A DNA stretch of 64,000 nucleotides, taken from positions 27,714,001 through 27,778,000 of the forward strand of contig NC_091999.1 in the NCBI RefSeq assembly GCF_044704955.1, given 5' to 3'. Below, in pieces: positions 1 to 12,292 of this stretch; position 1 is the first letter of the stretch, and each line of letters starts with the position of its first letter. The notes under the pieces were generated by a model. The model saw only the letters and a program-made list of their open reading frames with translations. It did no database searches and had not been told where the DNA came from. This stretch comes from Pristiophorus japonicus. Taxonomy: Eukaryota. Both the position numbers and the translations under genes were made by a program.

Positions 1-1640
1 CAAAAATCTGTCTATCTCCCTTTTAAATATATTGACTGACTCAGCCTCCACAGCTCTCTGTGGTAGAGAATTCCAAAGATTCACGACCCTCAGAGAAGAA
101 ATTCCTCCGCATCTCCGTTTTAAATGGGCGACCCCTTATTCTGAAACTAAGCATTCTAGTTCTAGATTCCCCCACGAGGGGAAACATCCTCTCTGCATCT
201 ACCCTGTCAAGCTCCCTCAGAATCTTACACGTTTCAATAAGATCACCACTCATTCTTCGAAACTCCAATGAGTACAGGCCCAACCTGCTCAAGCTTACTT
301 CATAAGACAACCCCTTCATCTCAGGAATCAACCTCGTGAGCCTTCTGTGAACTGCCTCCAATGCAAGTATATCCCTCCTTAAATAAGGAGACCAAAACTG
401 TACGCAGTACTCCAGGTGTGGTCTCACGGACACCCTGTACAATTGTAGCAAGACTTCTCTACTTTTATACTCCATTCCCCTTCAATAAATGCCAACATTC
501 CATTTGCCTTCCTGATTACTTGCTGTACCTGCATGCTAACTTTTTGTGTTTCATGCACAAGGACCCCCAGATCCCTCTGTACCGCAGCATTTGGCAGTCG
601 CTATTTAAATAATAATTTGCTTTTTTATTCTTCCTACCAAAGTGCATAACCTCACATTTTCCCACATTATACTCCATCTGCCAAATTTTTACCCACTCAC
701 TGAGCCTGTCTATAACCCTTTGCAGATTCTTTGTGTCCTCCTCACAACTTGCTTTCCCACCTATCTTTGTATCAGCAGCATATTTGGCTGCAGTGCACTC
801 CGTCCCTTCATCCAAGTCATTAATATAGATTGTAAATAGTTGAGGCCCCAGCACTGATCCCTGTGGCACCCCACTAGTTACAGTTTGCCAACCTGAAAAT
901 GACCCATTTATCCCGACTCTGTGTTTTCTGTTCGTTCGCCAATCCTACATCTATGCTAATATATTACCCCCAACCCTGTGAGCTCTTATATTGTGCAGTA
1001 ACCTTTTATCTGGCACCTTATCGAATGACTTCTGGAAATCCAAATACACAACTGCTACTGGTTCCTCTTCATCCACCCTGCTCGTTACATCCTCAAAGAA
1101 CTCCAGCAAATTTGTCAAACCTGATTTCCCTTTCATAAAACCATGCTGTCTCTGCTTGACTATTATGGTTTTCTAAATGTCCTGCTACTATTTCCTTAAT
1201 AATGAACTCCAGCATTTTCCCAATGATAGATGTTCAGCTAACTGCTCTATAGTTTCCTGCTTTCTCTCTCTCTCCCTCCCTTGTTGAATAGAGGTGTTGC
1301 ATTTGAGGTTTTCCAATTCACTGGGACCTTGCCAGAATCCAGGGAATTCTGGTAGATTACAACCAATCCATCCACTTTCTCTGCAGCCACTTTTAAGACC
1401 CCAGGATGCAGGCCATCAGGTCCAGGGGACGTCCACCTTTAGTCCCAATAGTTTGTCTCGTACTTTTTCTCCAGTGATAGTGATTGTTTTAAGTTCCTCG
1501 CTCCCTGTGAACCCTTGATTATCTATTATTATTGGGATGCTTTTAGTGTCTTCCACCGTGAAGACCACACAAAATATTTGTTTAAAGTCTCTGCCATTTC
1601 CCCGTTTAATTCTCTCAGGGACCAACGTTTATTTTTGCTA
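1..1640 (-). mobile_element. CR1-type LINE, ORF2 RT and 3' region, decayed
   Basis: Minus-strand ORF fragments PQGSVLGP, YAADTK (FADD-like), RPHLEYCVQFWSP and LTNLLEFFE..VYLDFQK, split by frameshifts. Confidence 0.9.
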
Positions 1641-2216
1641 TCTCTTCCTTTTTATATATCTGTAGAAGCTCTGACTGTATTTATGTTCCTTGTCAGTTTA
1701 CCCTCAATATATCTTCTCCCTCTTTATTATTTTTATTAAGTCAATACTTAAAGCCACACAGCAGAAGGAAAGAATGTTCCATAGAAACTAGAATTGTCTC
1801 TTCTGAATTTCGATCCTGTACTTAGTGATGACTTTTGTAAACTCCTTTTGCAGGGTGTTAGAAGTGGAGGATTTGAAGGAGGGAAACTCAAACTAAACAT
1901 CACGTCATGATCAGATAGAGTCACTCGATTCAGCAGGACTTGAATATCATCGGCCTTTGAATGTGGAAGGAGAAATGTTTGTTTATTCTGTCTGTGGGGA
2001 AAGATTACAAACATCAATGTGACTGAAAAAAGCACTGAGACACACACACCCGAGTGAGAGTGTTTCAGTGCACTGATTGTGGAAAGAGCTTTAACCAGTT
2101 ACACAGCCTGAAAAACCCTCGAACCATTCACAGCGGGGGAAAACTGTAAACGTGTTGTCTGTGGAGGAGGCTTCAACTGATCATCCAACCTGGAGAGACA
2201 GAACCACACCCGCACC

Positions 2217-2975
2217 ACGGAGAAACCGTGGAAATGTGGGGACTGTGGGAAGGGATTCAGCTACCCGTCTGCGCTGCAAATTCATCAACACATTCACACT
2301 GGGGAGAGGCCGTTCACCTGCCCCGTGTGTGGGAAGCCATTCACTCAGTCATCCAGCCTGGTGAAACACCAGCTTGTTCACACTGGGGAGAGGCCGTTCA
2401 CCTGCCCTGAATGTGGGAAAGGATTCATTCAGTCATCCGACCTGCTGGCACACCAGCGAGTTCACACTGGGGAGAGGCCGTTTACCTGCTCTGAGTGCGG
2501 GAAGGGATTCACTGTGTCATCCAGCCTGCTGAGTCACCAGCGAGTTCACACTGGAGAGAGGCCGTTCATCTGCTCCGTGTGTGGGAAGGGATTCACTGTT
2601 TCATCCAACCTGCTGGCACACCAGCGAGTTCACACCGGGGAGAGGCCGTTCACCTGCTCGAAGTGTGGGAAAGGATTGACTCTGTCATCCAATCTGCTCA
2701 AACACCAGCGAGTTCACACTGGGGAGAGGCCGTTCACCTGCTCCGTGTGTGGGAAGCGATTCACTCGGTCATCCCACCTGCTGGCACACCAGCGAGTTCA
2801 CACTGGGGAGAGGCCGTTCATCTGCTCCGTGTGTGGGAAGGGATTCACTGTGTCATCCAATCTGCTGGCACACCAGCGAGTTCACACTGGGGAGAGGCCG
2901 TTCATCTGCTCCGTGTGTGGGAAGGGATTCACTGTGTCATCCCGCCTGCTGACACACCAGCGAGTTCACAAGTGA
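2217..2975 (+). CDS. C2H2 zinc-finger protein, 9 tandem fingers with HTGERPF linkers; no in-frame ATG (ACG at 2217)
   Basis: Frame open from 2181 to TGA 2973-2975 with nine CxxC..H...H units; exon acceptor CCTTTTGCAG ends at 1853. Confidence 0.75.
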   Translation, partial: TEKPWKCGDCGKGFSYPSALQIHQHIHTGERPFTCPVCGKPFTQSSSLVKHQLVHTGERPFTCPECGKGFIQSSDLLAHQRVHTGERPFTCSECGKGFTVSSSLLSHQRVHTGERPFICSVCGKGFTVSSNLLAHQRVHTGERPFTCSKCGKGLTLSSNLLKHQRVHTGERPFTCSVCGKRFTRSSHLLAHQRVHTGERPFICSVCGKGFTVSSNLLAHQRVHTGERPFICSVCGKGFTVSSRLLTHQRVHK

Positions 2976-3759
2976 CTGCAGTGGTTGGATTCTGCTATCA
3001 TTGCTGCTGTTAATCACATCCCGACTGAATCGTGTCCATTCCGACAGTTGAAGTTTGTTTCTGATGATAATAACCCCTATAACTGGGCTGGAATATAATA
3101 TTTTGATGTTTCAATAACAGCGTGTGTCGACATTTAATATTCCAAGATAAGAGGAGACTAATTGATGTCCTGTTACTGACTCCACCATTTTGGGGCCTTT
3201 TCTCCTTTCTAACTCTGGATTATTTCAGTTCTCATACCTTTGGTTACTCTCGTGGACAAATGCCAGTTCCCCATACCTTCCAGAGTACCTCTCCTCCCCT
3301 TGGTATTGTGGGAAGGTGTCGGTAACATGCCCCGGATCACTAAACACAAAACCCAGTCTGTGAATCACTTTCAGATACTGGACTTAGCGTGTGCCCCACA
3401 GCATCTCTCTCACCTTCGATGTGTGAATGGAGCTTCACGCCTGCAAACCTGGGTTCAATTTAAATTTGAATTTATTCAGCAAATGTATTTAAGAAAATAC
3501 AGATCACATCAAATAATTGGCAACGGTTTAGAGTCAACAAGATGAACAAGTAAATACATTCCGGCCCAAGATTCCAGCTCTACATTCACAGGAGAAAGCC
3601 TGTTATCAAACTCCTCGATTAGACAGAATAGAGAACAATGCTAACTCGAAGAATATCTAGCATCTGTTGTAAATATCTTTCAAATCCCGACTGATACAAT
3701 CTGGCGTTTTCCTTTCAGTTGAAGTGAATGGAAGATGTGAGGGGTGTTGGCATAGGGAA

Positions 3760-4110
3760 CTCGGTTAATTCAGCTTCTGAAAGGTGTTCATGTTTAGTTC
3801 ATTGCATATCGGGGAAAATGTGGTTGTTATCATTAGAGAGAGATTTCACTGAGCAGCAGTTGGTGTTTGCAAACAACTGGCCGTGGATATTTTCATCATA
3901 GAATGTTTAGATTAGAAATATTATGTTTGAAAAAGAAGAGTTCAGAGACTAGTGGTTTGTGCTTGCCACAGGAAGACCAGTGTTTTACGTACTTCTAACA
4001 TTGTTGATGCATGGTGAAGAAAATGCAGACTTGTGTCTCTGGACTATGCCGTAGCCAAAGACTACCATATTAGACAATGCCAGTTCCAGTTGGATAAGAG
4101 ATTGATGGAA
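3760..4110 (+). mobile_element. LTR-like direct repeat, left copy
   Basis: Colinear, diverged similarity to 8130-8450 (GGTTAATTCAGCTTCTGAAAGG; ACTTGTGTCTCTGGACTATGC; GACTACCATATTAG). Confidence 0.6.
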
Positions 4111-4249
4111 TAGCAAAAGATCCAGCAGTTAAGACAAAATTATCTCCAGTTATCTGCAGCATGCTGACACAGTTGGACTTAAGAATTTAAAGTATTGAGT
4201 TAAATTATTGCGATCGATTGTTATAGAATTGAATTGTTGTGGAATGGAA

Positions 4250-4830
4250 AAGTGGTGAAGTTATGCTAAATTGTATCGAACCTTGGTTAGACTTTGTGTG
4301 TGCAATTCTGGTCACCATATTATAAAAAGGGTATGGTGGCACTGGAGAGGGTGCAGAGAAGATTTACAAGGATGATGCCAGAAAGGCGAGCGTGTACCTA
4401 TCGGGAAAGGATGGACAGGCTGGGTCTCTTTTCTCTTGAAAAAAGAAGGCTGAGGGGTGACCAAATGTTTTTAAAATGATGAAAGGTTTTGATAGAGTAG
4501 ACACAGTGTTTCCACTTGTGGGGACCAGCATAATTAGAGGCCATCAACATAAGATAGTCACCAAGAAATCAAATGGGGCATTCAGAAGAAACCTTTACCC
4601 AGAGAGTGGTGAGAATGTGGAACTCGCTGCCACAGGGAGTGGTTGAAGCGAATAGTATCGATGCATTTAAGGGGAGGCTAGACAAGTATATGAGGGAGAA
4701 GGGAATCGAGGGTTATGTGGATATCGTTAGATGAGGAAAGAAGGGAGGCGGCTCGAGTGGAGCATAAACGCTGGCATGGACTGGTTGGGCCGAATGGCCT
4801 GTTTCTGTGCCGTATATCCGATGTAATCCT
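4250..4830 (+). mobile_element. CR1 LINE 3' fragment
   Basis: CVQFWSPYYKK..LERVQRRFTRM..LFSLEKRRLRGD followed by CR1-like 3' UTR. Confidence 0.85.
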
Positions 4831-4953
4831 ATTGTCCAAGTCACACTGCTCGAAGGGGAAGATAAATGACTTGCATCCAAACGCGATTGTTACTTTTGTC
4901 TTCTTTGTAAAATGACAAAGTCTGGGCATAATTTGTTTGTGAAATTAAAACTG

Positions 4954-4957
<4 letters not shown>

Positions 4958-4992
<35 letters not shown>
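4958..4992. repeat. (TA)n microsatellite
   Basis: Seen directly in the sequence. Confidence 0.95.
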
Positions 4993-4994
<2 letters not shown>

Positions 4995-6649
4995 CTAAGC
5001 ATCACTGGTCAAACCCATGGGAAGGAAAATATAGCTGAAAATTGAGATAATTAAGTTTTATTTTTGAAAAAGTCCTGTCTCTGTGGTTCTGTCCAAACTA
5101 TGTATTCAGAAATAAGTTTTTGGGGGCGACTGTTATGCTAAAGGTAACTAACATCCTTCCTCTTGGATACTGAATTGCTCTCTGGCATATTTTGGAGAAT
5201 AAAAGGTCCAAGAAGAGGTTCGGTTAAATAAAATTAAACAAAGAAACTGGGTCAAAACTTGGACCAAGTGGGAATGTTTGATCGATGTTTAAAGACAGTA
5301 TGATAATATTGTATTCAACAGAAAAGTTCCTCCGTGCTCATGAATGAAATGGTGAACACTGTATAAAATGTAATGAGAGGAAATGAGTGAGGATATAAGA
5401 AGAAAACAGGAAAGTTACATCTCCAAATAGAAATGTTTCTTAACTCATTGTTCCTGGGTGAATTGTCATAAATCACCTGGGTACAATCTGGTGTTAATGT
5501 AAATTCTTGTTAAAGTCAGGGATGTGTAGGAAATTGCTAAGATTTCTCTGAGATGTTTGTGTCATTGCCTACACTGAACAATAAGAAAACTGAATTTGAT
5601 CATCTGGTCACTACCCGAGACATCGGGACCGTGCAGAGGGAGATGAGCAAAGATCTTCAGACACCCCACGATCTTTTGATAAGATCACCTCAAATGGCTT
5701 GGATCAGATGTCACATGTGGCATGATACTAGGATACCGCTGCGTGTGTGTGTGAACGAGTCTCAGGCATGCTCAGTTATCGACAACAGCACAACATGAAA
5801 TGGCTAATGTGGCACAGGAGAGTGAGAGAACTTTTTAAACCATCAAGGTCGTCACACATTCTCCATAGAGAAAGCGACTTTGAAATAATCCGGATAGAGT
5901 TAAACACACTGCTACCTGTCAGAGGCATTAGAATTAACAGGAGCGAGAATGCTGACCAAATTAGGATTTCCTTACAGCTGGAATGGTCATCAGTTTCAAG
6001 GCCTCCACTAAGTACTGAACAAAGAAAGCTTGTAGAGAGGCTAAAAACAAAAAAAGTCAGCCTGTCTCTGTCTGGAAAAGGTGGCCATGGCTGTGTACAG
6101 ATCCGCTACAAGCTGAAGGTGGGAGATAAGGAGGCCAGACCTTACAAGCTCCATAAAAAAAACATGGATCCAAGTGAGAGGCGATCTCCAGTAGGAAACA
6201 GAGGACCTCAAAAGAGTTAGTTTTGGAATCCGTGATAAACCGAGGTATAGACCCTCAAAAGCATACTTTTAGTGGTAATAGAGAAAGAACCCTAAAGCGT
6301 GCTCCTTGGGAAGATTAGGAGACCAGGAAGACTCCCCTGAACCAGGTGGGTTGGAACACATCCTGACCCCAAACACTAAATTAATAGTGTTCACTTAAAG
6401 AGTTAGTATCACTCCAGGACAATAAGTAATTCAAGACCATTATAACATACTTCAATACAAACTTAAAAGGTAATGACGGCAGGTTATTTTAAAGTAAGAA
6501 ATATTGTATGTTGATCAGTAATGTTAACTATTGGTTTGCCAAGTACAAACGCTGATCGTGATCATCATATGTGGGACTTAAATAAAATGACATCCCACCT
6601 CACAAAAAGAACTCGACCTGACCCATCCAGTAAAAGAACCCACATTTAA

Positions 6650-8000
6650 TGGACTAGAAGTAACTGAATCAGGAAATGTATTATATAACAATGTGTGTTT
6701 TTAAATTGTTCATTGAAATCAAAAGTTTTAAACATGAGCTTGAATCTATCAACTAGATTATGTGAAGGGAGATATTCACAATTAATAGACAAAATGGGAA
6801 GAGAATTAGTAAATAATGTGTTCGTAATGAAGAGAAAACAGGAACCAAGGGATGAGGAAGATGGAGAACACAAGGAGAATCAGTTTAAATCACAAGGAAA
6901 GTGAGAGCTGACAGGATAGCTCAGAATAGGAGCCACAGCAAGGTTAGCAGGAGTAAACAGAATAGATATAGAAAGTGAATGGGAACACGATGTGGCTTAC
7001 TGGAGGTATCATGTGTAGCCTCTGTGACATTTATGATGAATGTGATACAGAAGGGACTGGACAAGAGAGAGAGTAATCAAATCCCTTTGTTTATTCATGA
7101 AGAACAACTGAGAAAATGGTTTAGGGCAACCAAGTCATAGGCTTTGATGTGATGCCGACAATAGGATTGGAGATTTTGGCTCGTAGGGAAGAAGAAAGAA
7201 GTGAAGATATTAGACCATTGGGATTGGTCTTGCCTTTGCTAAGGAAAAATGGAAATGAAACGAAATCTTGGCCGGTGTATAGGGTAGAACTGTTTGCAAG
7301 GGTGGAAGACTGAGCTCGGTCCGATCCATAAGCAGTATGAGGAATATCCAAGATATCTGATTAAGAAGGGAGGAACTTGGATAGCACCAGATATGCAGTG
7401 TTGTACTCTGAAAGGGACAACATGGGTTTATAGATGCTCCAGCTTGTGGGTTCAACCTCGACAAAGAATCTCCAGAATGCCAGATTGAAATAAGTAAATG
7501 GGGTGAAGGCCAAACTAATACCGTGTATGAAGGAAAAGGACAGTATTGTGTGACTACTACTGTCACGTATATGACTGTGGGTTAAACCGATGCCCCATAC
7601 TAGAACATCACTTTAGCTTGATTCCACCGAGGAGCACATGTATCGCTGCTAAACATTGGTTCTGGCACATCAGCATGACGCAACTTATCTGCAGACAAGA
7701 CTGCCTCTGGAGGATGAAGCCATTCAAGTCATTCCACATATAGGACACTATATTCTCCTTGTTTCTGGCTTTAAAGCTCATAATTCAGCGAATTAGGACA
7801 TCCCAGAAACACACAGTGCAAATGATATAGACGAATAGAAAGACAGAACAGGCAATCCCGAGACATGAGAATCAGGAATGGAGGAAAGTAGTATCTAATT
7901 AGATTGTTCCAGCTGGGATTGGGGATAGCACGGATAATAGCTGCAGGGAATCTGGGCATTGCATTATGCTGTAAGGAAGTCAATAAGAGACATTGAAAAT
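6650..8000 (+). pseudogene. Degenerate envelope-like glycoprotein remnant inside an LTR element
   Basis: Broken frames give Cys-patterned peptides YLIKKGGTWIAPDMQCC and ACGFNLDKESPECQIEISKWGEGQTNTVYEGKGQYCV, then a hydrophobic LFQLGLGIARIIAAGNLGIALCC just before the right repeat. Confidence 0.5.
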
Positions 8001-8084
8001 ATAAGGAAAGGGAAGGACACTGAGAGGAAACCAGGATTAGTAAAGACAAAGAAGGATATAAAACACTTTGTAAACATGTAATGT

Positions 8085-8645
8085 AACCCATAAAAAAAAA
8101 CCTCTGGGACAGGTTGACACGTGGACCCTGGTTAATTCAGCTTCTGAAAGGGGTTTATGTTTAATTCATTCGATAGTGGGAAAATGTAGTTCATATTATT
8201 AGGGAGAGAGAGACAGATTTCACTGAGCAACAGCTGGTGTTTTGTGACCAACCAGGCTTCGATATTCATAATAGAATGGATTAGAAATATTGTTAGGATA
8301 AGTAAAGTCCAGAACTAGTGGTTTATGATCACCTTGGCCAGGCCGCAATGCTTCTAAATGTGTTGCTGTTGTAAACTTGTGTCTCTGGACTATGCAGTAG
8401 CCAGAGACTACCATATTAGGCAATGCCGGCTCCAGTTTGATAAGAAAACAGTCTATAAATGTAAGCTTTTTCCTTTGTTCGTTAGCATGGAGATACCCGT
8501 GCCTGGTTACACGTGCTCCATCTGTGACTATATTCCACTTGTAAATTGCTTTTCATGCTGATGGTAAAGAATAAATTGATTATAAACAGAAGACTGAATT
8601 CGTTACTACTCAAGTGAACAAACAGAAGTTTGTTTTAAATCAACA
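8085..8645 (+). mobile_element. LTR-like direct repeat, right copy
   Basis: Similar to 3760-4110; contains TATAAA and AATAAA, ends ..ATCAACA. Confidence 0.6.
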
Positions 8646-10632
8646 CTTGGTTATTTTTTTTTAAGTTTGGAACTTCATAACTTCCTTAAGAATTAAAAAT
8701 CCGTTAAAACAGCAAAATCATTAGTAAAGCTATCATTATTATCCTTGAATAAAACATAGCGTAGTTAATTTCAATAGCTCCAATTTAATTCAGACCAATA
8801 TTTTATTAACTAAACAATACAGAACAGATAAAATGAAACAAAATAGCACATGCTTACAGAACACAGTAAATTACATCATTGTTACCTTCAGGTGCTTTTC
8901 CAAATGACTAAAAATACTGACTATGAGTAGACAAATATTGATTTAATTTGTTTAAATGTGAAAAAACAAAGTGCTATGGAAATTTCAAACCATGCATCAG
9001 GCACATGGCAACCGTAACTTCAAGGCTGAAGCTTATCTTTTGTAAAACAAACTCGCCTGACTTTCAGAGTTGCACAGCTTGCCCCAGTCAAAATATATCC
9101 ACAGCAGCGTCTTTAACTTCAAAATGTAAATCACAAAGATCCAATGCTACTAGTTCCACAATCTGAATTGAAATGAACATACTCAACACATCCACACTTC
9201 TGCAAAACTCCCAACATCCAAGACAACAAAGGGTTAAATGGCTTTGAGCTCCATGCAGAGAAAAGTGGGTGAAGCTAAAACAAACATAACAGATGCTTTT
9301 TTCAAAGACAGACTTTCAGACAAAAGGAATACTGTAAATTCTTAAACAGTCATGGTCAGGAAAACTTCCACTCTAATATAATTCACCCAAACTTAAATTC
9401 CAGCATCCTTTCAGGTTCCTTTCACTCAGTAATCTTGTGCTTTATTTTTCTCGGCACAGACACTGACAGCTTCAGTGTTGGTTTCAACTTTAAGTTCCCC
9501 TTTTTCACCTTTTAAATTGTCATCTCAGTAACTTATTCTCTAATTCTGTTTTGTCCTTCCTTTGCTGAGTTCTCGGCTGGGTTAACTTGCACCTTAGATC
9601 TTTTCCCCTCTCTGTCTCGCCTGCTCCTTATGCTTCTCCTCTCTCACCTGTTAATTTCTCAAGTCTGTGCACAGAGGTGGGTTGCGTAAACCAATATACG
9701 CTTCCCTTTGTCAAATTGGAACTTGCCCTCGTCAATTTGACTCTGGACCCAATCGACCGATTTTCAGTACGAGTCACCTTGTGGACTCGCAAGGAATGAT
9801 GTCAAGTGAGTGGTATGGAGCAGCTTCACATGTTCATTGTTCCTGGCACACTCTGTCAGGTTAGCCATGCTTAGCAAACCCATCGCTCAATTACTGGTAG
9901 ATTAGTCCTACATCTCCCAGAAATTCTCCATCCTGGATTGATAGCCTGGCTGAGTAAAACGAGATGGCCAGAGATCTACGGACCCCAGTTCCACTGAACA
10001 AAATATTGATTAATTACTATCTGTCAAGTCAATTTGTTGAGTTTTTGGGTCTGTGCCAATTCGCCCTTTCACACCTAAGTTCAGAAAGCTTTCACTTAAC
10101 TCGTATTGGTGACAGTAATTATATTTTATTCAGTGAAATTGAGACACTACTCTTCACCAAACCCCGCATCCCAACTCCCCTTGCACATCTGTCTCCAACC
10201 ATCTTCATCCCAACTCCTTTCACCCTTATTCTCCACCCTCACTGACCACTCCTCTTAAACCCCTCTCATCTTAGTCATTTCAATTGAAAGGAAACAGAGA
10301 GATTGTACCAGTCAGGATTTGAAAGATATTTACAACAGATTCTACAGGTTCTTGGACTTATGGTCTTTCTATATTCTGTCCACGCGATCAGTTAGATAAC
10401 AGACATTCTCCTGTGAATACAGAGCTGGACTATTGGGCTCTGATGTGTTTATTTGTTCATTTTGGTGAATCTAAAGCTTTGCCAATTAATTTATATGATC
10501 GGTCTACTTGTTCATCTTTTGTCAAATACATTTCCTGAGTGGATTCAAATTTAAATTAAAACCAGGTTTGCAGCCATGATGCTCTATTCACACATCGAAG
10601 GTGAGAGAGATGCTATGGGGCACACGCTAAGT

Positions 10633-11234
10633 TCAGCAGTGGAAAGCCTCTCCCCAGTGTGAACTCGCTGGTGTGTCAGCAAGTGGGATGACCAATTGAA
10701 TCCCCTGCCACACTGGGCGCAGGTGAACGGCCTCTTCCCGGTGTGAACTCCCTGGTGTGTTCGCAGGCTGGATGGCTGAGTGAATCCCTTCCCCCGGTGT
10801 GACTGTGCTGATGAATATCGAGGTTAGACGGTGAACTAAATCCCCTCCCACAGTCTCCACATTTCCACGGTTTGTCCATGGTGTGGGTATCCTTGTGTCT
10901 CTCCAGGTTGGACGCTCAGTTGAAGCCTGGTCCACACACACAACACGTGTACGGTTCTCCCCGATGTGAACGCTGCGATGTTTTTTCAGGCTGTGTAACT
11001 GGTTAAAGCTCTTTTCACAGTCAGTGCACTGGAACACTCACTCGGGTGTGTGTGCCTCGGTGCTTCTCCAGTCACACTGATGTTTGCAATTTTTCCCACA
11101 GGCAGAAGAGACAAACATTTCTCCTTCTATATTGAAAGGCCGATGATATTCAGGTCCTGAGGAATCGAGTGACTCCATCAGATCTTGGTGTGATGTTTGG
11201 TTTGAGTTTTCCATCTTCAAATCCTTTGAATACC
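10633..11234 (-). pseudogene. C2H2 zinc-finger pseudogene, paralog of 2217-2975
   Basis: ESLDSSGPEYHRPFNIEGEMFV leader, [11 protein letters not shown], then frameshifted and truncated fingers. Confidence 0.85.
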
Positions 11235-11434
11235 TTGTAAAAGGAGTTTACAGATCTCATCACCATAAGTACACAAAAAAAATTCAGAACAGTAAATTCT
11301 AGTTATTATGGAACATTTTTTCCTCTCTTCTTCCTCCAAGGCTGTAAATCGCTGCCTCCTCCTTCTGCTGAAATCCAAACACATCGCACGTCTCAAGACA
11401 TTTTATCCTCCATTCCCAGTTTTCCCCACCAACT

Positions 11435-11680
11435 ATGGCTGGTTTCAGTTCTACACTCCCTCTCCTACTCTGATGGTGCTGACTCTGGCTGGGTTCCGTT
11501 CTCCTTCACTGGTTCCTCTCCCTCTCTTCCCCTAATGGTGCAGACTCTGGCTGGGTTCAGTACGACACTCACTGGTTCCACTCCCTCTCCTCCCCTTATG
11601 GTGCTGACACTGACTGGGTTCACTTCTGCACTCACTGGTTCCCCTCCCTCTCCTCCCCTGATGGTGCTGAATCTGGATGA
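11435..11680 (-). repeat. ZNF-associated 54/63-bp minisatellite
   Basis: Reverse complement of GAACCAGTGAGTGTAGAACTGAACCCAGCCAGAGTCAGCACC units. Confidence 0.85.
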
Positions 11681-11879
11681 GGCCCTGAAGTTCCAAGCAC
11701 TCTGTGTTCATTTAAAAGGTGACCACACATGCGCTCTATGGCTCGACGAACAGTGATAGCGGTGCACAGATCTGCATCGTACCTTTACAAAGGCTGCCAA
11801 CCTGGGCCTGTTCCCGTGAAAAAGTCCCAGAGCTGCAAACGTGGGACCTCTAGGTTCTTAGTCAGGGTTTAGCACCAAC

Positions 11880-12087
11880 ACCAGTTACAAATGGATATGG
11901 TCTCATAGCCATTACAGAGACATGGTTGCAAGGTGACCAAGACTGGGAACTTAACATTTCGGGGTACTTGACAATCCAGAAGGAAAGACAGAAAAGAAAA
12001 GGAGGTGGGGTAGCTCTGATGATAAAGGATGGAATCACCGCCATAGTGAGAAACGATATTGGCTCAAATTATCAGGATGCTGAAACA
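11880..12087 (+). mobile_element. CR1 ORF2 endonuclease fragment
   Basis: AITETWLQGDQDWELNISGY..KGGGVAL. Confidence 0.85.
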
Positions 12088-12088
12088 C

Positions 12089-12292
12089 GTTTAGTTACCA
12101 ACGGATGGCTATCTTTTCTCTTACACCCTTTCCTCCTCACTGAAATATATTTTTCTTGAGAGTTGTGAAATATCTCCTGAAATGTACACCAACCATCCTA
12201 CACTTTAATCTATTTTCCCAGTCCACTTTAGCCAACTCAGCCCTCATCCCTTCATAGTCCCCTTTATTTAAGCTTAGTACGCTGGTTAGAGA
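12089..12292 (-). mobile_element. CR1 ORF2 fragment (element C, 3' piece)
   Basis: SVLSLNKGDYEGMR..LAKVDW; continues the piece at 16165-16548. Confidence 0.7.

Noticed and set aside
8650-10250. Possible retroviral leader or gag on the minus strand
   Set aside because: No recognisable motif or sustained ORF
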